In this document: piece by piece, positions 53,487 to 62,040 of the stretch
How positions within the stretch are numbered: position 1 is the first letter of the stretch
Layout: each line of letters starts with the position of its first letter
Source: a virus
Lineage: Duplodnaviria; Caudoviricetes
DNA: 64,000 nt
Virus record (IMG/VR): IMGVR_UViG_3300037483_000750
Coordinates: 6,940 to 70,939 of that record
Strand: one strand, 5' to 3'
Program-made: the position numbers and the translations under genes
Notes under the pieces: generated by a model
What the model was told of the DNA's origin: nothing
Seen by the model: only the letters and a program-made list of their open reading frames with translations
The model's database searches: none

Positions 53487-54056
53487 TCAGTCCCGTCGGC
53501 GGAACGCGTAGGCCAGCCCGGCCAGCGCCGTCCCTGCCAGCGCCACAACCCCGGGCGCGAGGGCATCAGCGGCCCCGCCCTTCGGGGTGTCTTCCGGAGC
53601 TCCCGGCGTCGACGTCGGTTGCGGCACTTCGCTGGTGGCCGTCGGTGTGACATCCGGATCAGGCGTGTTGGTCGGCGTCGAAGTGAAGGTTGCTGTCGGA
53701 GTGTTAGTCGGCGGTGTAACGACGCCATCGCATTCCACCGCGTCGCCGTTCTTGCCGTTGTCACCCTCCACCGTAAGGAAGTCGTCTTCATGGCCGGCCG
53801 CTGGTGTTCCATCTTCATTGAAATGGCCGGCTTGACCGAACGTCGCCTCATACGGGAGTTCGAGATAGCTGAACTTGGTCGTCCCCGACTGCCCGTCGGC
53901 ATGACAGACGAAGTACTTCACGGCCACCTTCTCGACCGCTGCGGCCGGCGCGGCGAAGGCTGGCAGAACGAACGCCAGCGCCACCAGAAGCACGACAGTC
54001 ATCGCCATCAGCCCGGTCACACCGATCAGGCTCCAATCCGTTGTGTTTCGGTTCAT
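53487..54056 (-). CDS. Secreted surface protein with C-terminal sorting-signal-like tail
   Basis: Signal peptide, Cys/His domain, Thr/Pro linker, then TPKGG + hydrophobic helix + RRRD. Confidence 0.7.
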   Translation of the reverse strand: MNRNTTDWSLIGVTGLMAMTVVLLVALAFVLPAFAAPAAAVEKVAVKYFVCHADGQSGTTKFSYLELPYEATFGQAGHFNEDGTPAAGHEDDFLTVEGDNGKNGDAVECDGVVTPPTNTPTATFTSTPTNTPDPDVTPTATSEVPQPTSTPGAPEDTPKGGAADALAPGVVALAGTALAGLAYAFRRRD

Positions 54057-54133
54057 CTTGTGTCCCCTCCTATGGGACGTGTCTCGTGTCGGGTCGTCGG
54101 TCTACTTCCGCTCTCGTTCCCTCTCGCCTCCTT

Positions 54134-54418
54134 TCAGGCCATCGCCAGGGCACGCTCGAGGCGCAAGTGAGCCTTCTTGACTAGGTCGTTCCAAGCTACC
54201 GGCTGGCCGTCCTGCTTGCTCACCTTCCCGGCCACGCTCAGCATGTCCCGGTAGACGGTCTTCCGGCCTATCGCCAGGCGTCCGGCTATCTCGGTCGCGT
54301 CGTAACCCCGGAAGGCCAGACTCATCACCTTGCGCTCCCGCTCAGTCAGCTCCGGGTAGCTCAGGAACGGGTCTGACAGCAAACTCAGGGCCGCCCGCAA
54401 CCGCTCTGCCTCTCGCAT
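54134..54418 (-). CDS. LuxR/GerE-type HTH regulator
   Basis: ELTERERKVMSL..RG....EIAGRLAIGRKTV. Confidence 0.85.
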   Translation of the reverse strand: MREAERLRAALSLLSDPFLSYPELTERERKVMSLAFRGYDATEIAGRLAIGRKTVYRDMLSVAGKVSKQDGQPVAWNDLVKKAHLRLERALAMA

Positions 54419-54430
54419 CCTCGCTCCTCT

Positions 54431-55888
54431 CTAGGCTTGCCGCTCGCCCGCCTCCGCCATCTTCTTCTCGATGTACTGATTCCAAATCGCCCTGGCCTCC
54501 GTGATGGCCATCGGCGCTGGAGCCCACTTCGCTGTGAGACGGTCCTGCCTGGCATCCAGCCACTTCAATGCCGCCGTCAGTTCTCCGCCGTCCCAGGCCT
54601 CGAGGCTCGGCTTACCGGCGAGGAAGTCCTGGACGCCATGCCGCATGTCGTCCCGCATGACGTCCGTCCCATCGAAGCACTGCTTCAACAGCATCGCCAC
54701 GTGGGTTCGCTGGTCCTTCGCCGGCTTGAGCTTCCCGTAGTACTCCGCCTTCTCCTTGAACCGCTGGCGCACATCATCCGGGGACCACGGCCGGTTGCTG
54801 GTCGTCTGCTCCGGCCGGGATGGATACAGCGTCTCCTTGGCCACCGTCACCTGCGCCTGGCGCTCGTCCGGCGTGGCGGTCGCCCATTCCTCCTTCTGGT
54901 CCTCCGCCTGAGCCAACGCCTCTGCCTCGCGTTCGAATTCCTCCCCGCTCAGGTGCTGATCGGCGGCGACCTTCGCAAGGTCATCCAGTTCCGTCCAGCC
55001 GGCGTCGACCACCGGACCGTCCGGTAGCCCGAGGTCGCTGTCGACCTCTCCCAGTCCCGCTCCGCTCGGCTCGATGTCGAACGGGAGGTCGGCTTCCTGT
55101 TTCCAGAAGTGTGCCTCGGCTCGCTTCCGGGCCCGCTGGGTGTGCGGATACCGAGGCGGCTCGGCGTAGGTCTCCTTGGCGCAGTCCGGGCATGGAGCGA
55201 AGCCTCGCAGCTCTCGACCCTTCCACTTGCCCCCTCCGGTGGCCTTCCGCTCGACCGTGTTCAGCTCCGGCTTCACGCTGCACTTGTGATACCAGCGCGG
55301 GTTGTCGAGCTTCTCCATCTCCTCGGCCGTGACGTAACCGTACCCTTCGCTCACCGGCGTCTGGCCGAGCAGGGCCTCGATGCGGTCCCACGGAGCACCG
55401 GCGGCGGCGAGCGTCTTGGCGTTCTCGGCGTACAGCCTGACCTTGGCCGGGATGCGCCCGATGCACTTGTAGGCCAGCGCGCCATCCGGGATGTGAAGCG
55501 ATTCCCGATCGACGGCGCTCGTGATATGGATGAACTGGAGGTCTGGCCGGCCAGCGCCCTCCGGGAAAATCTCATCCAGCTGCTCGTGGCCTTTGCGTCT
55601 CAGCCCACGTATCTGCGGGAAGAACCCGTTTATCCAGGTGCATTCCTGGGTGACCGGGTTCAGTCCCGTCGCAAACGCGGCCTGGCACAGCGCCCATACC
55701 TCCGCGGGCTTCCAGTTCTTGGCCCCCGGGAGCATGAACTTGACGCGGTTCACCAGCTCGGCCAACTCCTCTGGCGTCCCGTAGGGGATGAGCCCGGCCG
55801 AACGCCGGACCACCATCGACCGGCTCGTGACGTGCTTCTCCCTCGCTGCTGCCTCCCTCTGGTCCGGTGCCTTCGTCGTATCAGCCAT
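54431..55888 (-). CDS. RecT/Bet-like ssDNA annealing protein
   Basis: AAFATGLNPV..E...F.PQIRGLRR, GYG and ARKRAEAH motifs; acidic C-terminal extension. Confidence 0.55.
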   Translation of the reverse strand: MADTTKAPDQREAAAREKHVTSRSMVVRRSAGLIPYGTPEELAELVNRVKFMLPGAKNWKPAEVWALCQAAFATGLNPVTQECTWINGFFPQIRGLRRKGHEQLDEIFPEGAGRPDLQFIHITSAVDRESLHIPDGALAYKCIGRIPAKVRLYAENAKTLAAAGAPWDRIEALLGQTPVSEGYGYVTAEEMEKLDNPRWYHKCSVKPELNTVERKATGGGKWKGRELRGFAPCPDCAKETYAEPPRYPHTQRARKRAEAHFWKQEADLPFDIEPSGAGLGEVDSDLGLPDGPVVDAGWTELDDLAKVAADQHLSGEEFEREAEALAQAEDQKEEWATATPDERQAQVTVAKETLYPSRPEQTTSNRPWSPDDVRQRFKEKAEYYGKLKPAKDQRTHVAMLLKQCFDGTDVMRDDMRHGVQDFLAGKPSLEAWDGGELTAALKWLDARQDRLTAKWAPAPMAITEARAIWNQYIEKKMAEAGERQA

Positions 55889-55963
55889 GCTATTCCTCCC
55901 GCTAGGGCCGAGCGCCCTGCAACCGGCCGGAGCCGACTCCGGTCGGTGACACGGTGCTCGAAG

Positions 55964-56362
55964 CTATTCCTGGGTCCCGGTCCGGCCGTCGAGCCAGTCC
56001 TCAATCTCCCGGCTCGTGATGCGGAATCCGCCCCACGCCGCCCCCTTGGCAATGAAGTGCCATTTGAAGTCCTGATGGAGCTTCCAGGCTCTCGGGCAGC
56101 AGGCGTTCTCGAACCGTGTGGCCTCGATGACCGTCTGCCGCTCATGGAAGTGGTCCGCCAGGATGCTCAGCGCCAGGTCCGCCGGCCCGCTCCCGCCATA
56201 GCCCGTCTCAAATCCGTCCGGGCTGTGTACGATGACGTGCGTCAGTGGCTCCCTGGTGATCGCCCGGCTGCCGAGATAGGTCACGACCTCAGCCGTGACC
56301 TTGGCCGATTGCCCGTTCCTCTCGATGATGTAGACGTTCCCGTCGTCGGGGTGGTTTGCCAT
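55964..56362 (-). CDS. DUF6166-like protein
   Basis: HSPDGFETGYGGSGPADLAL...HQDFKW motif. Confidence 0.75.
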   Translation of the reverse strand: MANHPDDGNVYIIERNGQSAKVTAEVVTYLGSRAITREPLTHVIVHSPDGFETGYGGSGPADLALSILADHFHERQTVIEATRFENACCPRAWKLHQDFKWHFIAKGAAWGGFRITSREIEDWLDGRTGTQE

Positions 56363-56381
56363 GCGGTTTCCTCCTGTCCGA

Positions 56382-56410
56382 ATTATGCCATCCTGTCCCG
56401 ATTGTGTCAA
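56382..56410 (-). promoter_or_regulatory. Sigma70-type promoter
   Basis: TTGACA (56410-56405), 17-nt spacer, CATAAT (56387-56382); shares 22 bp with the promoter at 3509-3530. Confidence 0.8.
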
Positions 56411-56907
56411 CCCCCAACTTTCCGGCTGTCCAGGTACGCGGCGGCCACGCTCCCCGGCCTAGGGGGCAAGAACCGCACGAACACGACCCGGTAGGTCTCC
56501 CTCCGGATGCTCACTGCTGCCATCCGATAGCCGTCGCCAGGCTTGAAAACCATCCGGTGGTGGTTCCCCATATCATCTCCCCACCTGTGGCTCGCCTTCC
56601 ATCCATCCACCTCGAATGGCGCAAGTGCTTCATCGACCTGAGCGGAGGTCGGCTCGAAGGTCCCGTATTCAATCGTCACCTGCTCATGCTTGACGTCTCG
56701 GGTCCAGCCGGCCAGCTCCGTATTGCCCAAACGGAACTCGCATGGCATCTCTCCGACCCCGGTGACCGCTCTGGCGAAGTCCAGCATTTGCATCTGGACC
56801 TCAAGCATTCTCGTCCGGCTCATCCCGTCAGTCAGCTCGATAACAATCGTCTCTCCCTCGAAGCCCGTCCGCCGGACGATGCTGATGCTCCCTGGCAATG
56901 TTTTCAT
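56407..56907 (-). CDS. Hypothetical protein
   Basis: ATGA overlap with the C5 methyltransferase stop. Confidence 0.6.
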   Translation of the reverse strand: MKTLPGSISIVRRTGFEGETIVIELTDGMSRTRMLEVQMQMLDFARAVTGVGEMPCEFRLGNTELAGWTRDVKHEQVTIEYGTFEPTSAQVDEALAPFEVDGWKASHRWGDDMGNHHRMVFKPGDGYRMAAVSIRRETYRVVFVRFLPPRPGSVAAAYLDSRKVGG

Positions 56908-57893
56908 CCTGCCCTCCTTGTCTCCATGTAGGCTTTCACGAACGCTGCCGCTTGCGGGACGACGACCGCATTGCCGTAGGCGCGCAATCGTCCCACTCGG
57001 CCGGGAACCCCATGAGCCAGCGGGAAAATGCCGGGTTGAGTTGGCCGCGTCTTCCCGTCGGTGCAGGGGAGCCATTCGGCGTCGGACCAGAAGCCGTTAG
57101 TTGCACCTGATGCGTCAGGTCGATTTGCTTCCCGCTCTCCATGCGTCGAAGGACCGCGTTTAGACTCTCTCCGTGGTGGTAGCGCGTGTTCGGCGTCGCC
57201 CAACTCGCCAACAGGGCCTGCTCGTTCAGTGGTCGGCTGTTCGTTCCCTGCTGATTGAGACTCGCGCCCTTCACGTCCCGCGCCTGAGGACTCGCCCAAC
57301 TCGCTAACTCTGCTACCGCTTGCAGGTCCCCGCCCCCGCTCTCTGTCCGCCCCAGTTCCTTCTTTCTCTCCCCCGACTCCGGGCCGCCCGTCGGCGTCCG
57401 TGGCGTGGGCCACGAAGTAAAGCCGCTGTCTGATGTGCGGAGCCCCGAACCCCGCAGCGCATAAATCCAACGCCGCGACGGCGTAACCCTCGGTTTCCAG
57501 ATCAGATTGAACAACGTCGAGCCAAGCAAGTCCGTCACCATTCGCAACCTGCTCACCAAAGATGACTGGAGGGCGGCGCTCTCGGATGAGCCTGAACCAC
57601 TCCGGCCAGAGATGCCGAGCGTCATCTGTACCGGTGCGCTTCCCGGCGACGGAGAACGGCTGGCAGGGGCAACTTCCGGTCCAGACGGCTCGGTCGTCTG
57701 GCCATCCCGCGAGTCGGAGGGCAAGCGGCCAGCCTCCGATGCCTGCGAAGAAGTGCGATGTCGCCGAGCAGTCTTCCGCCTGTAACTCATGGATGCTCCT
57801 CCCGTCCACCTTCCCCTCCGGCAGATGCCTCGCAGTGATTAGGTTTCTCAACCACTCTGCCGTGAATGGGTCATTCTCGTTGTAGGTCACCAA
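56904..57893 (-). CDS. C5 cytosine DNA methyltransferase (alpha chain)
   Basis: FFAGIGG, GSCPCQPFS, FGEQV, PHIRQRLYFV and RAYGNAVV motifs. Confidence 0.93.
   Translation of the reverse strand: MVTYNENDPFTAEWLRNLITARHLPEGKVDGRSIHELQAEDCSATSHFFAGIGGWPLALRLAGWPDDRAVWTGSCPCQPFSVAGKRTGTDDARHLWPEWFRLIRERRPPVIFGEQVANGDGLAWLDVVQSDLETEGYAVAALDLCAAGFGAPHIRQRLYFVAHATDADGRPGVGGEKEGTGADRERGRGPASGSRVSELGESSGAGREGRESQSAGNEQPTTERAGPVGELGDAEHALPPRRESKRGPSTHGEREANRPDASGATNGFWSDAEWLPCTDGKTRPTQPGIFPLAHGVPGRVGRLRAYGNAVVVPQAAAFVKAYMETRRAG
56936..57790 (-). CDS. Nested alternative-frame ORF, putative methyltransferase beta chain carrying motif IX
   Basis: Three W(P/A)(T/S)P repeats and GQLNPAFSRWLMGFP (motif IX-like), which the main frame lacks. 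Confidence 0.65.
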   Translation of the reverse strand: MSYRRKTARRHRTSSQASEAGRLPSDSRDGQTTEPSGPEVAPASRSPSPGSAPVQMTLGISGRSGSGSSESAALQSSLVSRLRMVTDLLGSTLFNLIWKPRVTPSRRWIYALRGSGLRTSDSGFTSWPTPRTPTGGPESGERKKELGRTESGGGDLQAVAELASWASPQARDVKGASLNQQGTNSRPLNEQALLASWATPNTRYHHGESLNAVLRRMESGKQIDLTHQVQLTASGPTPNGSPAPTGRRGQLNPAFSRWLMGFPAEWDDCAPTAMRSSSRKRQRS

Positions 57894-57960
57894 GTCACAC
57901 CTGCCTATAGGCGCGTGAAGACCCCCGGCTTTCGCCGGGTGGTCTCACGTCGTATCGGCT

Positions 57961-58161
57961 TCAGCTGACATCAACCCACTTCATGGTCGTCTCGAGAACC
58001 TTGTTGTAGTCGCCGGACGTCGCCTCCTTGATGAAGGCATCCCGCACTTCCTTCTCCAGACCGGCCTTCCGCATTGCCCTCGTCACTGCTCCGATGATGG
58101 CGTAGGCGTTGCCGTCGTGCCCAATCAGCTCAACCTTTACGTTCGGATACTTCGGTGCCAT
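57961..58161 (-). CDS. Small conserved phage protein
   Basis: LIGHDGNAYAIIG.V..AMR.AG...SGDY; AAGGAGG RBS. Confidence 0.65.
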   Translation of the reverse strand: MAPKYPNVKVELIGHDGNAYAIIGAVTRAMRKAGLEKEVRDAFIKEATSGDYNKVLETTMKWVDVS

Positions 58162-58391
58162 CAGGCCTCCTTTGCCAGCGTCACGACGTACTCGCTGCTG
58201 TCCGGCTTCCTGCCGAGTAGCGCCAACGGTAGGAAGATGAAACCGAGGCAGCACGTCTTCCAGAAGGACCAGCCTTCGCTCTTGTTGAACACCTGGAAAT
58301 GTGTACAGCGCCAGCCATGCTTCTCGTTGTCGTGTATCCAGGCCTCGGCCGCCTTGCGGTTGTTGAATGTCCTGACAAATACTCCTTCCAT
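58161..58391 (-). CDS. Small membrane-associated protein
   Basis: AAGGAGG RBS; hydrophobic CCLGFIFLPLALL; TGATG overlap. Confidence 0.6.
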   Translation of the reverse strand: MEGVFVRTFNNRKAAEAWIHDNEKHGWRCTHFQVFNKSEGWSFWKTCCLGFIFLPLALLGRKPDSSEYVVTLAKEA

Positions 58392-58520
58392 CTCGCCTCC
58401 TTCGCAGGCCGTGTGCCCGCTCGGGCTGGGGCAAGAACGGGCCACCTCGCGAGAAGCCCGTCTCACCCCAGCCCGACCGGGGCAGAGCCTCTCGTCGCTC
58501 TGCCCGGCCCTACACCTCCT

Positions 58521-58643
58521 TTACTTGGCCATCTGCTTGATGATGGTGGACTCGACCTTGGTCACATCCGCCTTCGGTGCCTGCTTGGTCAGCGGTGCAC
58601 AGGCGGACAGAACCAGCAGTGCGAGTACGATAATCCGTTTCAC
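58521..58643 (-). CDS. 40-aa lipoprotein
   Basis: GAGGAGG upstream; MKRIIVLALLVLSAC lipobox. Confidence 0.6.
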   Translation of the reverse strand: MKRIIVLALLVLSACAPLTKQAPKADVTKVESTIIKQMAK

Positions 58644-58713
58644 CTCGTTACCTCCTCTCATGGTTGGGCCGTCCGAGCTGCCCCGGTCGCACCCGGAGCA
58701 GGGTCGCACGGTC

Positions 58714-59172
58714 TTACCGTTTCCCGGCCTTGAGGTCGTCGTAGATTTTCTCCGCTGCTTCCAGGTTCTCAAGGCTTTCGTCCTCGGCGTCCCTAAGCAC
58801 AGCAGCCCGCTCCTGAGCTGCTGGCTCTGGTTCGTAGGGCTCGGGGTCGGCCTTCGGCCTCGGTGCTGACTTAGGCCGCGCCCTCCACCAGGCGCGATGC
58901 TCAGCCACCTTCCGCCGGCGGGCACTCACAAGGCGCACCGCCTTCCATCGCTTCGGCTTCGTCCGGGCTCCCGGACCGATGGGCTTGTAGCTCCAGGTCC
59001 AGTAGTTGCCCTCGGTGTCCGGGTGCGTCGTGTAGCAGTGCATCCAACCTCCAGCCCGGTAATACCGATAGCGTCTTCCGCCCTCAATCTCGATGCGTCG
59101 CCCCGTCTTTGGGTTCCGCATACTGAAGAGGTCCTCCGTCAGCTCTGCCAGGAGCGCGTTCACTTCGTTCAT
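58714..59172 (-). CDS. Hypothetical basic protein
   Basis: ATGA overlap with the upstream gene. Confidence 0.55.
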   Translation of the reverse strand: MNEVNALLAELTEDLFSMRNPKTGRRIEIEGGRRYRYYRAGGWMHCYTTHPDTEGNYWTWSYKPIGPGARTKPKRWKAVRLVSARRRKVAEHRAWWRARPKSAPRPKADPEPYEPEPAAQERAAVLRDAEDESLENLEAAEKIYDDLKAGKR

Positions 59173-59354
59173 GTCAGGCCCTCGCTCAGGCGGTAGGCCG
59201 ACGTGACCAGCTGGACCAGCTCCTTCTCGTCCATCGCGTCGACGATAAGCACGACCTTGGCTTCCTTAGCGGTCCGGGTCACAACCCGCAGGGCCGCTCG
59301 GTCGATGATGCGCCGAATCCGGCGCGCGTGCCACTTCTGCTTCCCTGTGAACAT
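59169..59354 (-). CDS. Small hypothetical protein
   Basis: AGGAGG upstream. Confidence 0.5.
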   Translation of the reverse strand: MFTGKQKWHARRIRRIIDRAALRVVTRTAKEAKVVLIVDAMDEKELVQLVTSAYRLSEGLT

Positions 59355-59356
59355 CC

Positions 59357-59536
59357 CTATCCTCCTCTCGCTCGGTCGCCCCGGGCTCGCTCGCGTTCAT
59401 TGCAGTACCAGTGCCCCCCCTTGCCCTGAACCATCACGACCTCGGTTCGGCTCTTGCCACAGAAGTGGCAGATTCGATAAGCCGTTCCCTTACCGTTTCC
59501 ACTCGCCGTCGGGGGCATCTTCCGTCGGAATGCCAT
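59357..59536 (-). CDS. ClpX-type Zn-finger-like small protein
   Basis: AAGGAGG RBS; ICHFCGKSRTEV..VQGKGGHWYCNE resembles the ClpX C4 Zn-binding domain. Confidence 0.55.
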   Translation of the reverse strand: MAFRRKMPPTASGNGKGTAYRICHFCGKSRTEVVMVQGKGGHWYCNERERARGDRARGG

Positions 59537-60326
59537 GGCCGCCTCCTTCCATCGGGACTGGCAGAAGTTCGTTGGTGCTCCACGGCATGTACTTCTCGTA
59601 ATACGGCCGCAGGCTGGGCGGGATGGCCTGCAGTAGTCCGTGGTCGTCTGTGTCATAGTCCCGCACCATCCGGAACAGTTCGGCGTACAGTTCGCACCAG
59701 CCGCCCCATTCTCCGGGCCGCAGTTCGTATCCGACTCCGGGGAAGCCCACGATTCGTTCGCTGGTCAGTCTGACCCAAGTCTCGTCTTCTCCCGGCGGGA
59801 AATAGGGCCCGACCGCGTTGCCAGCATCGTCCCGGTGGTAGTAGCGGTCTGCAGCGCTGATTGCGGTCCATACGTCCACCTGGAACTTGGCAGAACTGCA
59901 TGGCCGTCCTTCAATGCGGTCAATGAGATGTCCTGCCTCATGGGGGATACACCATTCGAATTCATCCGGGTTGAACACTCCGTCCCTGACGACGTAGAAG
60001 ATGTAATCTTCTCCGCCGTTGACATAGCACGCATAGGTCTTGTCTCCGGCCACGTCGAGCACGAGGGGAGTTCGGCTCAGGACATCGTAGAAGGCATCGG
60101 TGTAGCCCTGCGGCCAGTAGCTCAATGCCTGGATGTCGCTCAGCCGGATGATGTCCTCGGCCAAGTCATCTGGCGCTTCGGTTTCCGTCGCCGCTGGCGT
60201 GGCCACCACATAGGTTACCTGTGGCTCGGCATTCACCTGGAATACTCCGACAAGAAACGAACCCAGCCCCACCACTGTGAATACAAAGATAGCAATTGCG
60301 AACCAGTATCCCCTGTCGTTAGCCAT
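59490..60326 (-). CDS. Membrane-anchored HExxH zinc metallopeptidase-like protein
   Basis: N-terminal TM, P/T linker, IPHEAGHLID and a downstream ELYAELF. Confidence 0.7.
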   Translation of the reverse strand: MANDRGYWFAIAIFVFTVVGLGSFLVGVFQVNAEPQVTYVVATPAATETEAPDDLAEDIIRLSDIQALSYWPQGYTDAFYDVLSRTPLVLDVAGDKTYACYVNGGEDYIFYVVRDGVFNPDEFEWCIPHEAGHLIDRIEGRPCSSAKFQVDVWTAISAADRYYHRDDAGNAVGPYFPPGEDETWVRLTSERIVGFPGVGYELRPGEWGGWCELYAELFRMVRDYDTDDHGLLQAIPPSLRPYYEKYMPWSTNELLPVPMEGGGHGIPTEDAPDGEWKR

Positions 60327-60407
60327 GTCTGGTCTCCTTCCACCATCGGGCCGGTCGCCCGAGAACGGGCAGGACCTATGTCCCGCCCGTGGTTCCGATG
60401 ACCGGCG

Positions 60408-61422
60408 CTACTTCATCAGCTCAACGAACGCTCGGACCTTCGTCTGCGCGCGCCCGCCGAACAGGGCTGCCACATAGGGGTCCTCTGCCGTGCTCGCCGC
60501 CTGCCGGTAGTCCTCTTCCTCGACCACCGCGTTGTAGAGAGCCCAGCCCGTCCCAGCCAGGGCTCCGTCGACGGCCGTCTGGCTCAGACCACCGTAGATG
60601 GCCTTGACGCGAGTCTTCCGTTCCTCCAGCCGCTGGCGGGTCGTCTCGAAGGACCGCTCCGCATCGAGCATCGCCTGCTGGAGCCCGGCCAGCGCCATCC
60701 GGCTGGTCTCCTCCGGCGTCAGCTCCTCGGCCACCTGCATCTTCCGTGGCTTGCGGGGCATCGGATACGCCGCCTCGAGCACGTCGTCCACCCGCTCGTC
60801 GGTGAGCTTCAGGTCCGCCAGGAGTTCGAACATGGCCATGACCTTGCCAGTCGAGCGCAGCCTCGACCTTCCCGCTGTGGCGCAGCGTGGCGCTCATGAT
60901 CGCCGCTGACGTTCCCATCACCAGCGTGTTCTGGCACACGACCCGCACCGGTGTGAAATGCAGGGCGATGCCGCTCCCGCCGTTCTTCGTGTCCGTGACC
61001 AGGAAGAACTGGCGCACCGGGTCGCCCCGGACTTCGGCCTGGCCGGCGTCCAGCGTCACGAACACCGTCTCGCCCTGACCGAGGACACCGATGGTCTCCA
61101 CCGGCCACTTCTGGCTCAGGGTCTCCAGCTTCCCGACCATCTCGCTGTGCTGGAGGTAGCTGTACTGCTCGCCGCACACCCCCAGCATCCGGTACTGGGG
61201 GTCGTCCGGTGTCGGCTGGCGCACCAGCCCGTAGTGCCCGCTGGCGACGCTGAACCCGCCCATGTCAAGCATGAGCGGGACCTTCTCGATTCGGACGTCG
61301 GCCAGGCCGACCAACTCGGCGGCCTCGCTCGCCCGCTTCGGTTCGGTGAACACCGTGCCCTTGTGGTGCCACGCGGGCTTGAGGTGTACAGCGACCCGTC
61401 TTCCCATGATGTTGTCTGCCAT
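60408..61422 (-). pseudogene. DUF932 (LGT_TIGR03299-like) gene split by a frameshift near 60845
   Basis: The N-part (PAWHHKG, LGVCGEQY, TPVRVVCQNTL) and C-part (GTGWALYNAVVE...LFG...K) are in different frames. Confidence 0.75.
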
Positions 61423-61489
61423 GTTTTTCCTCCCCGGGCTGTCTGCCCGCGTGCCCCGACGACTTTCCGTCGTCGGGGCTGGCTGGCTT

Positions 61490-61975
61490 TCAGCGGTACT
61501 TCTCCGCCAACATCTTCGCTTCTTCCACCAGGAGCACCTGCTCAATGACGTTCTTCTTCGTGTTGAACGCCCTCGCGATGTTCTGCGTCAGCTGCCGGAT
61601 GTCGGTCCGGGCCTTGTCGAGCTGCTTGGCGACGTCTTCCGTGCTCGCCTTCTCGACCGGTTCCACCTGGATGCCTTGGATGAAGTAGAAATCCGCCCGG
61701 TGGTTCGGTCCCTCGTTCCGATAGGCGATGGCCCCAGCGAGAGCCGCATCCAGGCTCGAGAATGCTTCGCTGGTGCTCCTGCGGTTCACCCAAACGTGGA
61801 AGGACACCGCACCGGGGTCCATAAAGCCCGTCCGCACCGTCACGCCTTCGACCATCCACGGGTGATACTCGAGGATGACGTAGGGCCCCGCGCTGTACCA
61901 CCGGACCACCTCGCCCCAGGTGAACTTCCCACCGCCGCGGTCGAGCTCGTCAAGGCTTGTCGTTCTGCGTTCCAT
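61490..61975 (-). CDS. Early hypothetical protein
   Basis: AAGGAGG RBS with ATG at 61975. Confidence 0.65.
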   Translation of the reverse strand: MERRTTSLDELDRGGGKFTWGEVVRWYSAGPYVILEYHPWMVEGVTVRTGFMDPGAVSFHVWVNRRSTSEAFSSLDAALAGAIAYRNEGPNHRADFYFIQGIQVEPVEKASTEDVAKQLDKARTDIRQLTQNIARAFNTKKNVIEQVLLVEEAKMLAEKYR

Positions 61976-62040
61976 CGTGGCCTCCTTGGGGTGATGTCCC
62001 CACCAGCGCCGCCGTCCGCAGACCGCGGCGCAAGGTCGGG

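Noticed and set aside
2598-56494. Long plus-strand ORFs (e.g. 2598-3677, 4218-5183, 23368-24369, 25592-26620, 41804-43000, 55109-56494)
   Set aside because: They are antisense shadows of well-supported minus-strand genes, expected in high-GC DNA; no motifs or RBS.
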